Notes under the pieces: generated by a model
The model's database searches: none
What the model saw: only the letters and a program-made list of their open reading frames with translations
What the model was told of the DNA's origin: nothing
Shown here: positions 1-11,188 of the stretch, piece after piece
Layout of the letters: every line of letters starts with the position of its first letter
Position numbering within the stretch: the first letter of the stretch is position 1
Position numbers and translations under genes: made by a program
Assembly (NCBI GenBank): GCA_050575255.1
Contig: JBNZDD010013673.1
Coordinates: forward strand, 22,184-86,183
Reading direction: 5' to 3'
Source: Harriotta raleighana
Taxonomy: Eukaryota
DNA: 64,000 nt

Positions 1-422
1 CAGTTGGAAGACGCGCCCAAGGGGACATTGGTCATCAAACTGAACGCCACCGACTTGGACGACGGCCCCAACGGAGAGATACTTTACTCTTTCAGCAGTT
101 ACACTTCTGCTCGTGTCCGCGAATTGTTTGCGATGAATTCCAGAACCGGTGAAATCAAAGTGAAAGGACGATTAGACTATGAAGAGAACACTGCGTTCGA
201 GATCAATGTCCAGGCAACTGATAAGGGTCAAAACGCTATCCCCACCTACTGCCATGTGTTGGTGGATGTTGTGGATGTAAATGATAACGCACCTGAGGTG
301 ACCCTCACGTCTCTGTTCAGCCCAGTCAGTGAAGCTTCACAACCCGGCACATTGGTAGCTCTGATAGGGGCAACGGACAGAGACTCAGGAGCAAATGGAA
401 AGGTGGACTGTCAAATCCTCAA
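1..422 (+). CDS. Clustered protocadherin variable exon A, partial (EC3 to start of EC4), cut by the window edge and by the N at 423
   Basis: ORF 4-450 has cadherin Ca-binding motifs (ATDLDDGPNGEI, LDYEE, DVNDNAP, ATDRDSG). It is near-identical to 2488-2803. Confidence 0.9.
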
Positions 423-423
423 N

Positions 424-751
424 CAACAGGAACGGTTTGGGAAACAATAGCTGTTTGCTGGGTACGTGTTGTTGTTTGCAGTCAAGGAGTTCCCTGAATG
501 GAATTCAAAGAGCCAGTAGAAATATTCAGATTCCTCCCAACTATGTTGAAGTGTTTGGTGGTGATCCGCTTTCCCAGAGTTTTCGTTACGGGTCCTATTC
601 AACTTCCGGTTCTTCCAAAGGAGGCTTCAAATTTTCCAACACTCACAGTTCATCCACACACAGGAATAAAGCCAGGGATGAACCAATTGGGAGCGATGGA
701 TATCAACTAACATCGAATTCTGCAAATTATAAAAACTGTGTAAATAACGAG
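424..751 (+). CDS. Variable cytoplasmic domain (3' end) of a protocadherin variable exon, probably exon A; phase-0 splice donor after 751
   Basis: Encodes CLLGTCCC...SLNGIQRASRNIQIPPNYVEVFGGDPLSQSFRYGS...NNE, homologous to the tails of the complete exons. It ends GAG|gtgaga. The missing EC4-TM part coincides with the N at 423. Confidence 0.85.
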
Positions 752-1366
752 GTGAGAGGTTTCTAACGTTAATCATGAAACCTCATGATATGTTGGATAC
801 TCATCCAACGTATCATTTGTAATGTTCGATTAGATGCGGATGTGGGATCCATTGATATTAATAGGATTCGATTTTCATTTCAATTGTTATATCTGTTCCC
901 TCTTCTCAGTCCTAATCTGCGATATCTTCCAAATGTTCAGATTTTATTTCAGTTAAATATGTTTCTTGCAGGACTTCAAGAACAACCAAAACAATCGGAT
1001 GGTAATTTTCAAATTTTTTGTGGGTGGGCTGCAGAATTAATTTTTTTCCATTTGTGCGATATTCCACAAACGTTGCAAAGGATATATACTTATGTCGTGT
1101 TGTGATAATAAAATTCGTTTTTTTCACGTGAACAAAATATTTGGATGCGTTGGAGATTTGCTTTGATAATAACAGTGAGTCAGACGTAAAGCATGTAAGT
1201 GTGCGCTTTCTACCAGAATCCGAGCGTTATCAGAGGCAGTGTAGAACCATCCTTAGGATATATAATAGGAGTGCTAATTGACATAAGAAATAATTAAATG
1301 TGAGGTGTAAGCTTAATTTTTAACTTCAATAAGTGTACAGTTTTGGCTTGTTGTCGGAACATTCTT

Positions 1367-1492
1367 GCTTTAAGACATGTCCTGTGCGGTGATTGGTTGA
1401 GTACGTGGCCACCAATGAGAAGCTGAGTTGTGAGCAGAGATCCTGACCGCCCCCTTCCCCTTCCCCTCCACCATCACCATCAGTCCATCAGA
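1367..1492 (+). promoter_or_regulatory. Promoter of variable exon B
   Basis: The block GCTTTAAG..TGATTGG..CCAAT..AGCTG..GAGATCC..C-rich..CACCATC..TCAGA is shared with 4092-4224 and 7575-7705. It lies about 250-380 bp upstream of the ATG. Confidence 0.75.
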
Positions 1493-1743
1493 GACTAGTG
1501 AACATTGGGTAGCGAGCTGCGTAAGCGGACGCTGGGATTATTTGTACATCGTTTTGTGATATTTACAGGAGCAGTGTAATGCTTCCAGAAGAAAACCTCA
1601 GCGAATTGTAAGCAAAAACATACAGGTATTTGTGTGTTACTTAGCGTTTCTGCTGGTGAAAATGACTCGGAACTAAATGCATTCGAGGGTTGATTCCTAG
1701 GCGCCCTGTTGTTCTTAGGCTGTTGAAATGCTTTGTGCTGGAT

Positions 1744-2803
1744 ATGGGATATTATCAGATATGTTGGTTGATAAAATGGCAACTCCTGTGCTGTATATTA
1801 TACTCCTGGAGTCTGGTTTCCGGAGAGATTCGTTACTCGGTCCCTGAAGAGCTGCAACTGGGCGCCTTTGTTGGGAATATCGCGGACGATTTGAGGTTAG
1901 ACGTGAAAGAGCTGTCGGCTCGCAGTTTCCGTATCGTGTCCGGTGGCAGCAAACAATATCTGGACGTGAATGTGGCCAACGGGAATGTTTTCGTGAAGGA
2001 AAAAATCGACAGAGAAGACCTTTGCGGGTCGAGACTCTCTTGCGCTTTGTCTTTCGAAGCCGTGCTTGAAAACCCTCCCAACGTGTTCCATGTTGAAGTG
2101 GAAATACAGGACGTGAACGATAATTTTCCCCGTTTCGCAGGGAGCCCGATCCGCCTTGAAATCTCAGAGGTGGCCGTGCCTGGATCTCGCTTCGCCCTTG
2201 AGAATGCCCACGACCCAGACGTGGGCACCAATTCCCTACAAACCTACCAGCTTGCTGCAAATGATTACTTTTCCCTTCATGTTGACACACTGAGTGGAGA
2301 AGGGAAGTTACCGGTGTTGGTGTTGGAAAAGCCGCTGGATAGAGAGAGGCAATCAACCCACAGTTTAGTGCTGACAGCCACAGACGGAGGGGTCCCGGTT
2401 AGGACTGGCACGGCCCGGATCACAGTCACGGTGCAGGATGCAAACGATAACGCGCCCACTTTCCTGCAGTCGGTATACAGAGTCAGTCAGTCGGAAAACG
2501 CGCCCAAGGGGACATTGGTCATCAAACTAAACGCCACCGACTTGGACGACGGCCCAAACGGAGAAATAGTTTACTCTTTCAGCAGTCACACTTCTGCTCG
2601 TGTCCGCGAATTGTTTGCAATGAATTCCAGAACCGGCGAAATCAAAGTGAAAGGACGATTAGACTATGAAGAGAACACTGCGTTTGAGATCAATGTCCAG
2701 GCAACTGATAAGGGTCCCTATGCGATCCCCACCTACTGCCATGTGTTGGTGGATGTTGTTGATGTAAACGATAACGCACCTGAGGTGACCCTCACGTCTC
2801 TGT
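1744..2803 (+). CDS. Clustered protocadherin variable exon B, 5' part (signal peptide, EC1-EC3), broken by the N at 2804
   Basis: MGYYQICWLIKWQLLCCILYSWSLVSG-EIRYSVPEE...IDREDLC...DVNDNFP...DPDVGTNSL...LDRE...DANDNAP...LDYEE...DVNDNAP. The sequence after the N is intergenic-type DNA. Confidence 0.92.
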
Positions 2804-2804
2804 N

Positions 2805-3218
2805 TCAGATTTTATTTTCAGTTAACTATGTTTCTTGCTGGACTTCAAGAGCAACCAAAACAATCGAATTGATAATTTTCGAATTTTTTGTGGGTGGGCT
2901 GCAGATGTAATTTCTTTCCAACTGTGCGATATTACATAAATGTTGCACAGGAAATATACGCATGGTGTTGTGGTGTTGTGCTCATAAAATTAGTTTTTTT
3001 ACATGACCAAAAATCATGCATGAGTGGGAGGTTTGCTTTAATAATCACAGTGAGTAAGACGTAAGTGTACGCTTTCTACCAGATTCCGAGTGTTATCAGA
3101 GGCAGTAGAACCATCCTCACGATGTATAATTGGAGCGCTAATTGCACATGTGGGATAATTAAATGTGAGGTCTACCCTTACTTTACTTTTCACTTGAATA
3201 AGTGTACAGTTTTACGCT
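2805..3218 (+). repeat. Paralogous copy of the inter-exon spacer 936-1350 (tandem duplication unit)
   Basis: Aligns by eye with 936-1350, for example ggacttcaaga.caaccaaaacaatcg, ttatcagaggcagt and aataagtgtacagtttt. Confidence 0.85.
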
Positions 3219-3219
3219 T

Positions 3220-3408
3220 GATCCACTGTCTCAAAGTTTTTGCTACGGGACATGTTCAACGTCTGGTTCGAGCAAGAGACACTTTATGTATTCCAGCATG
3301 GCCGGGTTATCTGCACACAGGAATAACGTCAGGAATCACACTGTTGGGAAAGAAGGAAGCTCACTGGAATTTAACGCCACACCTTGTATTAACAGTGTAA
3401 ATACTGAG
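3220..3408 (+). pseudogene. Orphan 3' remnant of a deleted protocadherin variable exon
   Basis: DPLSQSFCYGTCSTSGSSK...INSVNTE|gt is homologous to the variable cytoplasmic tails. It abuts spacer DNA directly with no N, and has no promoter or ectodomain. Confidence 0.8.
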
Positions 3409-4091
3409 GTTTGGTTTTATAGAATATTCCAGCATATGGTGATACCTGTGTGCCCATCCAGCCTTTGGTTGTTGGTTGTTTCTCCTCCGATGGAGCTAGT
3501 TATTCCCATCCAAGTCTTTCCCATAACCTTGTGTGTTGTTCCTCTAGGCTGGCGTTGAGTTACAGATCTGGATAGAATATACAATGGTGGCACAGCTCTA
3601 GCGGCTGAATGGCTTAGTTCCTACATTCCTATGTTTATGCAGGTAACAAATGCCAATGGAGAACTCAACTATATGCGGGTAGAAGTGTGAAAGAAAGAGC
3701 CAAATTTATCAGTTTTTTAGAATTGTGTCTATTGATATATTAATCACAAGTGCGGAGCTGTGTGACTCATGGTGGTTAGATACTGTATGTTGTCAGGAAC
3801 AAAGTTAATTAGCATAGGATAACTTTAATGGAGGGACGAAAAAGAGAATTGGAAAGATAGATTCTGCTTATTCGTACGAATGTCCCACAATCTGTCTGAA
3901 GTGCATGTGTTTAAACAGGCGGACAAGAAAGGTGCGTCTCTCATGTGTTCGTAAGTGAACTCGCGATCATAATGGTCGATTGGTGGTAAATGGGTTATCC
4001 AACAAGTTTCTAATTGCGCAACAGTGAACGTAGATTACTTTTTACGCAGTTTGTTTTGAAAAAAAGTTTTAATTTTTACCAAGACATCCCA

Positions 4092-4224
4092 GCTTTAAGA
4101 AACGTTCAGCTTCCTGATTGGTAGGACGGGAGTGTGGCTCCGTTGACCAATGAGAAGCTGTAATGTGACGAGAGATCCTGCTTGCCGCCTTCCCTCCCCC
4201 ATTCCACCATCACAGATCATCAGA
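4092..4224 (+). promoter_or_regulatory. Promoter of variable exon C
   Basis: Same conserved block, with ATTGG at 4117 and CCAAT at 4147. Confidence 0.75.
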
Positions 4225-4470
4225 AACAGACTCAATGTGAATGGCGAGCTGCCTTAGCGTTTCATTAGCTCGCTGCTGCCCACCGATTTACCGCAACCAT
4301 TGCTACCAAATCGTAGGTATCTTGCGCGCGTGTGTGTGGGTGTGTGTTACCGTTCATCAGATATTCTTCCCCATAAAAAAAATGATATCGAAAAAGTCAC
4401 TTTATTCCTAAGAAAATATTCAATGGTACCGGTGCCGTGATCAAGCGACTGAAATGCTTTGTGCTGTAAA

Positions 4471-6924
4471 ATGGGAGGTTATAGACTAAGCTGCTGGTCG
4501 CTCAAATGGCAATTGTTTTACTCGATCCTCTCTTGCTGGAGCCCAGTTCACGGACAGATTCGTTACTCGGTCCCCGAAGAATTGCAACCCGGCGCCTTTG
4601 TGGGGAATATCGCGCAGGATTTAGGGTTGGAAGCCAGAGAGTTGGCAGCTCGCAGATTCCGCATCGTGTCGGGACCCATGAAGCAATATCTGGACGTGAA
4701 TGTGGACAACGGGATGTTATTCGTGAAGGCAAAAATCGACAGGGAAGAGCTGTGTGGGGCCAGTCTGGCTTGTGTGCTGCCTCTGGAGGGGGTGGTTGAA
4801 AACCCGGTGAACGTGTATCATGTGGAGGTGGAAATAGTGGATGTGAATGACAACGCGCCCAGCTTCCCAAAGAGCCAGTTCCGCCTTGAAATCTCAGAGG
4901 TGGCCTCGCCAGGGGCTCGCTTCGCCCTGGAATGTGCTCACGACCCGGACATTGGAACCAATTCTCTGCAGACTTATGACCTGTTGGGAGACGAATATTT
5001 CAGCCTCAATATCGACCCACTGAGCGGAGATGGGAAGCTACCCGTGTTGGTCTTGGAAAAGCCCCTGGACAGAGAAACGCTGCGGATCCACAGGTTAGTG
5101 CTGGTGGCCAGGGATGGCGGGGTCCCAGAGAGATCTGGCACGGCACAGGTGAACATCATAGTACAGGATGCAAACGACAACGCGCCGGTTTTCTCGCAGT
5201 CGGTCTATAGGGTTAGCCTGTCGGAAAACGTACCTAAAGGGATTCTTGTAGTCAAAGTCAATGCCACCGACCTGGATGTGGGTCCTAACGGTGAGATCGT
5301 TTACTCCTTTGGCAGCCACACCTCGGGGAGAGTGCGTGAGTTGTTTGCGCTGAACGCTAGGACTGGTGACATCAACGTTAAAGGGGATTTGGACTACGAG
5401 GAACACAGTGTGTATGAGATTAACGTGGAAGCAAAGGACAGGGGATCTAATGCAATCCCCGCTTACTGTCATGTGTTGGTGGATGTTGTGGATGTCAATG
5501 ATAACCCACCTGAAGTGACCCTGACCTCCTTGTTCAGTCCAGTGAGTGAGGACGCGAGACCAGGGACTGTGGTGGCTCTGATCAGTGCAACCGACAGGGA
5601 CTCGGGGGAGAATGGACGAGTCCAATGCCGGATAGCCAACAGTTATTACTTCAGGCTGGATTCATCCCTGAAGAACTACTACCGGTTGTTGACCCAGCGG
5701 CCGCTGGACCGCGAAAATACCTCCCAGCACGACTTGACGGTAGTCTGCAAGGACAACGGCTCCCCATCTCTCTCAACCAACGCTACCGTCGGGGTGGAGG
5801 TGTCCGATGTGAATGACAACTCCCCGATTTTCCTGCAGACTCTGTACACGGCGCGAGTGATGGAGAATAACGTTATCGGGGCTTCCATTTTCTCGGTGAC
5901 AGCCCGAGATCCCGATTCGCACCGGAACGCTCAACTCTCTTACTCGCTCCGGGGCAGTCAAGTGGAGGGGCAGTCGGTCTCCAACTACGTCTCCATCGAC
6001 TCTGCTTCTGGGGATATTTTCTCCCGGAGATCCTTCGACTACGAGCAGCTCAAAAGCTTTCAGATCCAAGTTGAGGTTCAGGACAGTGGAGAGCCACCAC
6101 TCAGCAGCAACACTTCAGTGGATGTCATCATCCTGGACCAGAACGACAACTCCCCAGTCATCGTGTCTCCATTACCCGAGTTTGGCTCAACAGTGACAGA
6201 GACTGTATCTCGGTTGGCAGAGCCAGGCTACCTGGTGGCCAAGGTCTCAGCCACTGACGCTGACACTGGGCAGAATGGGCGTCTGTTTTACCAGATTCTC
6301 CAGGCCACTGACCCGGGACTTTTCACCATTTCCACTGACACAGGAGAAATCTGGACCATCCGCAGTGTTAGGGACAAAGACGCCAATAAGCAAAGGCTGG
6401 TCATTGTGGTGAAAGACAATGGAAGCCCCTCACTCTCAGCCACAGTGACCATCGTGTTGTCGATAGTGGGCGGTGATGCGGAAAATCTCTCCGATGCGAA
6501 CAAGTTATCAGAACGACCCGAATCCGTTCCCCCTTTAAGCCTTTATTTGGTCATATCTTTGGGTGCAATCTCTGCCATTTTCCTCGTGGTGTTAGTCATC
6601 CTGGCAGTGATGGTTCACCGAAACAGAACTGCTTTGGCTGACCGTGATTGCTGTTCTCTGGCTGTTTGCTGTGGCTTGGGAGGGAGGCATTCGCTGAATG
6701 GGATCCAGAAAGCCAGCAGAAACCTCCAGATCCCCCCCAACTACGTGGAAGTCTTTGGGGGCGACCCTCTCTCTCAAAGTTATCGCTACGGGTCGTGTTC
6801 GACCTCTGGCTCCACCAAAGAAGTTTTCGGGTATCCCAAGGCGCACAGGAATGGAACGCTTCGGATGGAAGAACCCGCCACAATGTTAAACTGTGAACAT
6901 TTTAGGAAATCTAATAAGAGTGAG
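4471..6924 (+). CDS. Clustered protocadherin variable exon C, complete (818 codons: signal peptide, EC1-6, TM, variable cytoplasmic domain)
   Basis: Uninterrupted ORF with six cadherin repeats, TM LYLVISLGAISAIFLVVLVILAV and the NLQIPPNYVEVFGGDPLSQ motif. The phase-0 donor GAG|gtgagg follows 6924; the ORF read-through to 7110 is intronic. Confidence 0.95.
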
Positions 6925-7574
6925 GTGAGGCGCTGGATGGAGAGTGGGCTGGGGGGAACACACGTTTTTATGGATAGATGGATAGTCCACCGGAAACAAA
7001 ATCTAGTCTGTGGAGGAGAGTATCCATGTATCACGATCACTTCTAGTTCTCTTCGCAGTGTCAACATGTTGTTGATTGTTTTTTATTTACAAAACAAAGT
7101 TATGAATTGAGATTTCTCTCAAATTTAATACCCCCAAGTGGTGGTACTGTAATTGCAAATCATACTCGCATTAATTTATTTGAACTAACCCCCAATGCTG
7201 CAAATAAGTGGGATCTAATTGTGTACAACAGAGAACTCTAACTCGTGTCCATTACTTTATCCCCCCCCATCCCTCCATCGAACACGTCTGCTTAATGTAG
7301 TGTAGGTGTGGTATACGGAAAATTTTAGGATCAAATTCAGCCCATTCAGCCCATCGAGCCTGTTCTGGAAGTTTAGTGGATCAGAGCAGATCTTTTAAAC
7401 CGATTTCACCATAATGATAGTGATGAATAAGAAGAATAGCAGTTGGAAAATCAAGCCAGATATCTTAGCATTAAGTAATGGCTGAAAAATCAACGAGATA
7501 AAAGGGTGTCTGGTAATTTTGGATTGAGCAACTTTAAACGCGAATGCTTCGCCGAGCTTCACAGGGACGTACTC

Positions 7575-7705
7575 GCTTTAAGTGGGAGCTTGGTTCGTGA
7601 TTGGTTGAACTTGAGCCTGTATCCTTCCACCAATCGGGAGCTGAGTTGTGCCTGAGAGATCCACAGTGCCCTCTCCCTTTCCCCAGTCACCATCGCACAA
7701 TCAGA
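7575..7705 (+). promoter_or_regulatory. Promoter of variable exon D
   Basis: Same conserved block, with ATTGG at 7600 and CCAAT at 7630. Confidence 0.75.
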
Positions 7706-8010
7706 TGCCGAGTGAAGACATACATGCACACGCACACATACATACCCTGTCAGCTGCACAAGGCAGTGGTCAGGATGTGTGTGTGTGTTATGCTCCACTA
7801 TGGTGTTTGTAGAGGGGGGTGGGGGGGGTGATGGAGAGGAAAGGTTTTCACACACAAACAGGTAATTTATTTTGAGTGTCTGTAAGATTTTTTTTTCCTG
7901 GTTCAAATGGAAAGTGAAGAACTTTACTCCCTGGGATTATTGCTGAACGGAGGCGCCGTGTCGCGTTGAAACACTTATTTTTTGTGTGGAGGGGATGCTT
8001 TGAGCTAGAG

Positions 8011-10491
8011 ATGGGATGTTATAAAATATATGGGCTTCTACTAAAATGGCCACTGCTTTGTGCCATATTCTCCTGCTGGAACCCCTCAGTTTACGGACAG
8101 ATCCGCTACTCGATTCCCGAAGAGCTGCAGCCCGGAGCCTTCGTTGGGAATATGGCAGAGGATTTAGGGTTAGACGTGAAAGCACTGGCCGCCCGCAGTT
8201 TCCGCATCGTGTCCGGACCCAGCAGGCGTTATCTGGACGTGAATCCGGACAACGGGATTTTGTTCGTTAAGGAAAAAATCGACAGGGAAGAGCTTTGCGG
8301 CCAGAGCCTGGCTTGTGTGATAGCGTTCGAGGCGGTGGTCGAAAACCCCCCGGATCTGTACTATGTCGAGGTGGGAATATTGGACGTGAACGACAACGCT
8401 CCTGTTTTCCCCAAGAGCCAGTTCAGCCTTGAAATCTCAGAGCTGGCGGCTGCCGGGGCTCGATTCCCCCTAGAGAGAGCCCTGGACCCAGACGTGGGCA
8501 CCAACTCCCTGCAATCCTACCAGCTGATCGACAACGACTATTTCACCCTGGATGTGCAGACGCGAGGCGAGGACGATAAGCTGCCGGTCTTAGTGCTAGA
8601 GAGGTCCCTGGACCGAGAGAAACACTCCAGCCACAGGTTAGTGTTGATGGCCAGAGATGCCGGGGTCCCGGAGAGGTCAGGCACCGCCCAGATCACGGTA
8701 GCAGTGCAGGATGCGAACGATAACGCGCCCGTTTTCTCGCAGTCGGTGTATAGGGTCAGCCTGTTGGAGAACGTGCCCGAAGGAACCCTCGTCATCCGAC
8801 TGAACGCCACTGATTCGGACCATGGCTCCAACGCGGAGATAGTTTATTCCTTCAGTAATCTGATTTCTGCGAGAGTGAGGGAACTGTTTAGTGTGGATTC
8901 CAGGACTGGTGAGATCAGAGTGAGAGGGAAATTAGATTACGAAGAAAACAAAGGGTTTGAGATTAATGCACAAGCAAAGGATAAGGGGTCAGATGCAATG
9001 CCAGTTTACTGTGATGTCCTGGTGAATATTATTGATGTCAATGACAACACACCTGTGGTGATTTTGGCCTCTCTGTTCAGCCCAGTGGGTGAGGACGCGC
9101 TGCCCGGGACTGTGGTGGCTGTGATCAGTGCAGTCGACAGAGATTCAGGAGCCAATGGACAAATACAATGTCAGCTTGCAAACAATCTTCCCTTCAAACT
9201 GGATTCCTCGTTAAAGAACTACTACAGGCTGGTTACACAGGAGCCACTGGACCGGGAAAATGCCTCTGTGTACGACATTACCATTGTGTGTAGTGACAGA
9301 GGCTCCCCTCCTCTCACAGCCAACAAACACATCCAGGTGGAGGTTTCTGATATCAATGACAACGCGCCCCGGTTTGGGCAGCCTTTATACACAGCCCACG
9401 TGATGGAGAATAACCCGGTGGGCTCTTCCATTTACTCAGTGACAGCTTATGATCCGGATTCAAACCAGAACTCTCGGCTCAGCTACTCTATCCTAGAGAG
9501 TCAGGTTGAAGGGGAGTCCGTTTCTGGTTATGTTTCCATTAACTCAGACACTGGTGTTATTTTCTCTCAAAGATCCTTCGACTATGAGCAAATGAAACTA
9601 TTTCAAATTCAAGTTCAGGCCCAGGACAATGGAGTGCCAAGACTGTCCAGTAACGTGTCTGTGGATGTCACTATCCTGGACCAGAACGACAACTCCCCAG
9701 TCATCGTGTCTCCATTGCCCGAGTTTGGCTCAACAGTGACAGAGACTGTATCTCGGTTGGCAGAGCCAGGCTACCTGGTGGCCAAGGTTTCAGCCACTGA
9801 CGCTGACACTGGGCAGAATGGGCGTCTGTCTTACCAGATTCTCCAGGCCACTGATCCGGGGCTTTTCACCATTTCCCCTGACACAGGAGAAATCTGGACC
9901 ATTCGCAGTGTTAGCAACAAAGATGCCAAGAAGCAAAGGCTGGTCATTGTGGTAAAGGACAATGGGTCACCATCGCTGTCAGCCACAGTGACCATCATCC
10001 TATCAGTGGTGGGCAGTGATTCTCAAACACTCTCTGATATCAGCAGCTTGTCCGAAGATCCAGGAATGGCCGCTGACACCAGCCTCTACTTTGTTATTTC
10101 CTTAGGCATTGTTTCATCGATCTTCCTGGTGATTTTAATCATTCTGTCTGTTAAGGTTTGCAAACACAGACTGGGCCTGGGGGCTTCTGATTGCCTTCTG
10201 TGTACGTGTTGTTGCTTTGAAGCTAGACATTCACTGAATGGGGTCCAGAAAGCCAGCAGAAACCTTCAGATAACCCCCAACTATGTGGAGGTATTTGGTG
10301 GTGATCCACTGTCTCAAAGCTATCGCTATGGGTCTTACTCAACTTCTGGTTCATCCAAAGGAGACTTCCTGTATTCCAATGCGTGCAGTTCCTCCAAACG
10401 TGGGAACAACATTGGGATTGGAGTACATGGGCCACACCAAAGCCCACGGGCAGCAGATCCTACAAGTTATAGGAACAATTTAAATAGTGAG
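8011..10491 (+). CDS. Clustered protocadherin variable exon D, complete (827 codons); last full variable exon before the constant region
   Basis: MGCYKIYGLLLKWPLLCAIFSCW..QIRYSIPEE, six cadherin repeats, TM LYFVISLGIVSSIFLVILIILSV. The phase-0 donor GAG|gtgaga follows 10491. Confidence 0.95.
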
Positions 10492-10945
10492 GTGAGAGTT
10501 CAAAGGAAAGACACCTCAGGATTTTGAGTTGGATGTGCAGATTTTCCATGCTGCATTCTAACACCTCGCTCTTGTCGAATTGCCTCTTTGTATTGATTTG
10601 CAGTAATTTGGATTCTTTGCTCAATTCACCAGCTCCCATGTTACTTACTTGCGATTACTTTTCAATAGATGATCCAGCTATAAATGAGCTCCTCTAGTGT
10701 CTCATCTATTAAAATCATCTAATGAAAGGAAATTGCAAGTAATCAGACAAACTATTATAATATGAAACCAATACTTGGTAGGAGAAAAATGAAATACGTT
10801 AACCCATCCTGCTAAGTAATTCTTCCTGAAGCATTCAGTATTTGTTATCTTTCTGATTGCTCTCAAATATACGTGACATAATTTAAATTCTGATTCAATC
10901 AAGAAAAATATTACAACAATGATCTTTTCTGGATTATTCTTTCAG

Positions 10946-11188
10946 AAAATGTGTTGGTCCAACCCTCAGATAACTCCAAACTATGCTGAAGTGTTCAACC
11001 CTGATCCATTCTCCCAGGCTTTGTGCTATGAGGTGTGCTGCAGTGAGGATAAAAATAACAGCCTAGGAATTTTCTCACTGTTAACTGTGCTGGGCAACTA
11101 TGTACTCCGATGCCCTCCATGTGCGAGGCATGGATGTTCAAATGTAGAATATTATAAATTACTGGATAAATATAATTTACAGGCTCAG
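10946..11188 (+). other. Diverged variable-cytoplasmic-domain remnant with splice signals (relic or cassette exon)
   Basis: NPQITPNYAEVFNPDPFSQALCY aligns with NLQITPNYVEVFGGDPLSQSYRY. It is preceded by attctttcag and has in-frame donors after 11032 and 11188. Confidence 0.55.

Noticed and set aside
395-766. Apparent short protocadherin lacking EC4-EC6 and TM
   Set aside because: The junction is exactly the N at 423, a contig join, so this is not a biological deletion.
2804-2910. Apparent secreted three-EC protocadherin with a novel C-terminus
   Set aside because: The ORF runs through the N at 2804 into spacer DNA, an assembly break.
6925-7110. ORF read-through beyond the variable-exon donors (also 10492-10527 and 752-766)
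   Set aside because: A conserved GAG|GTGAG donor precedes each and the extensions are unrelated to one another. Unspliced forms cannot be excluded but are unsupported.
1715-9431. Many antisense and alternate-frame ORFs over the variable exons
   Set aside because: These are expected shadows of GC-rich coding sequence, with no recognisable domains.
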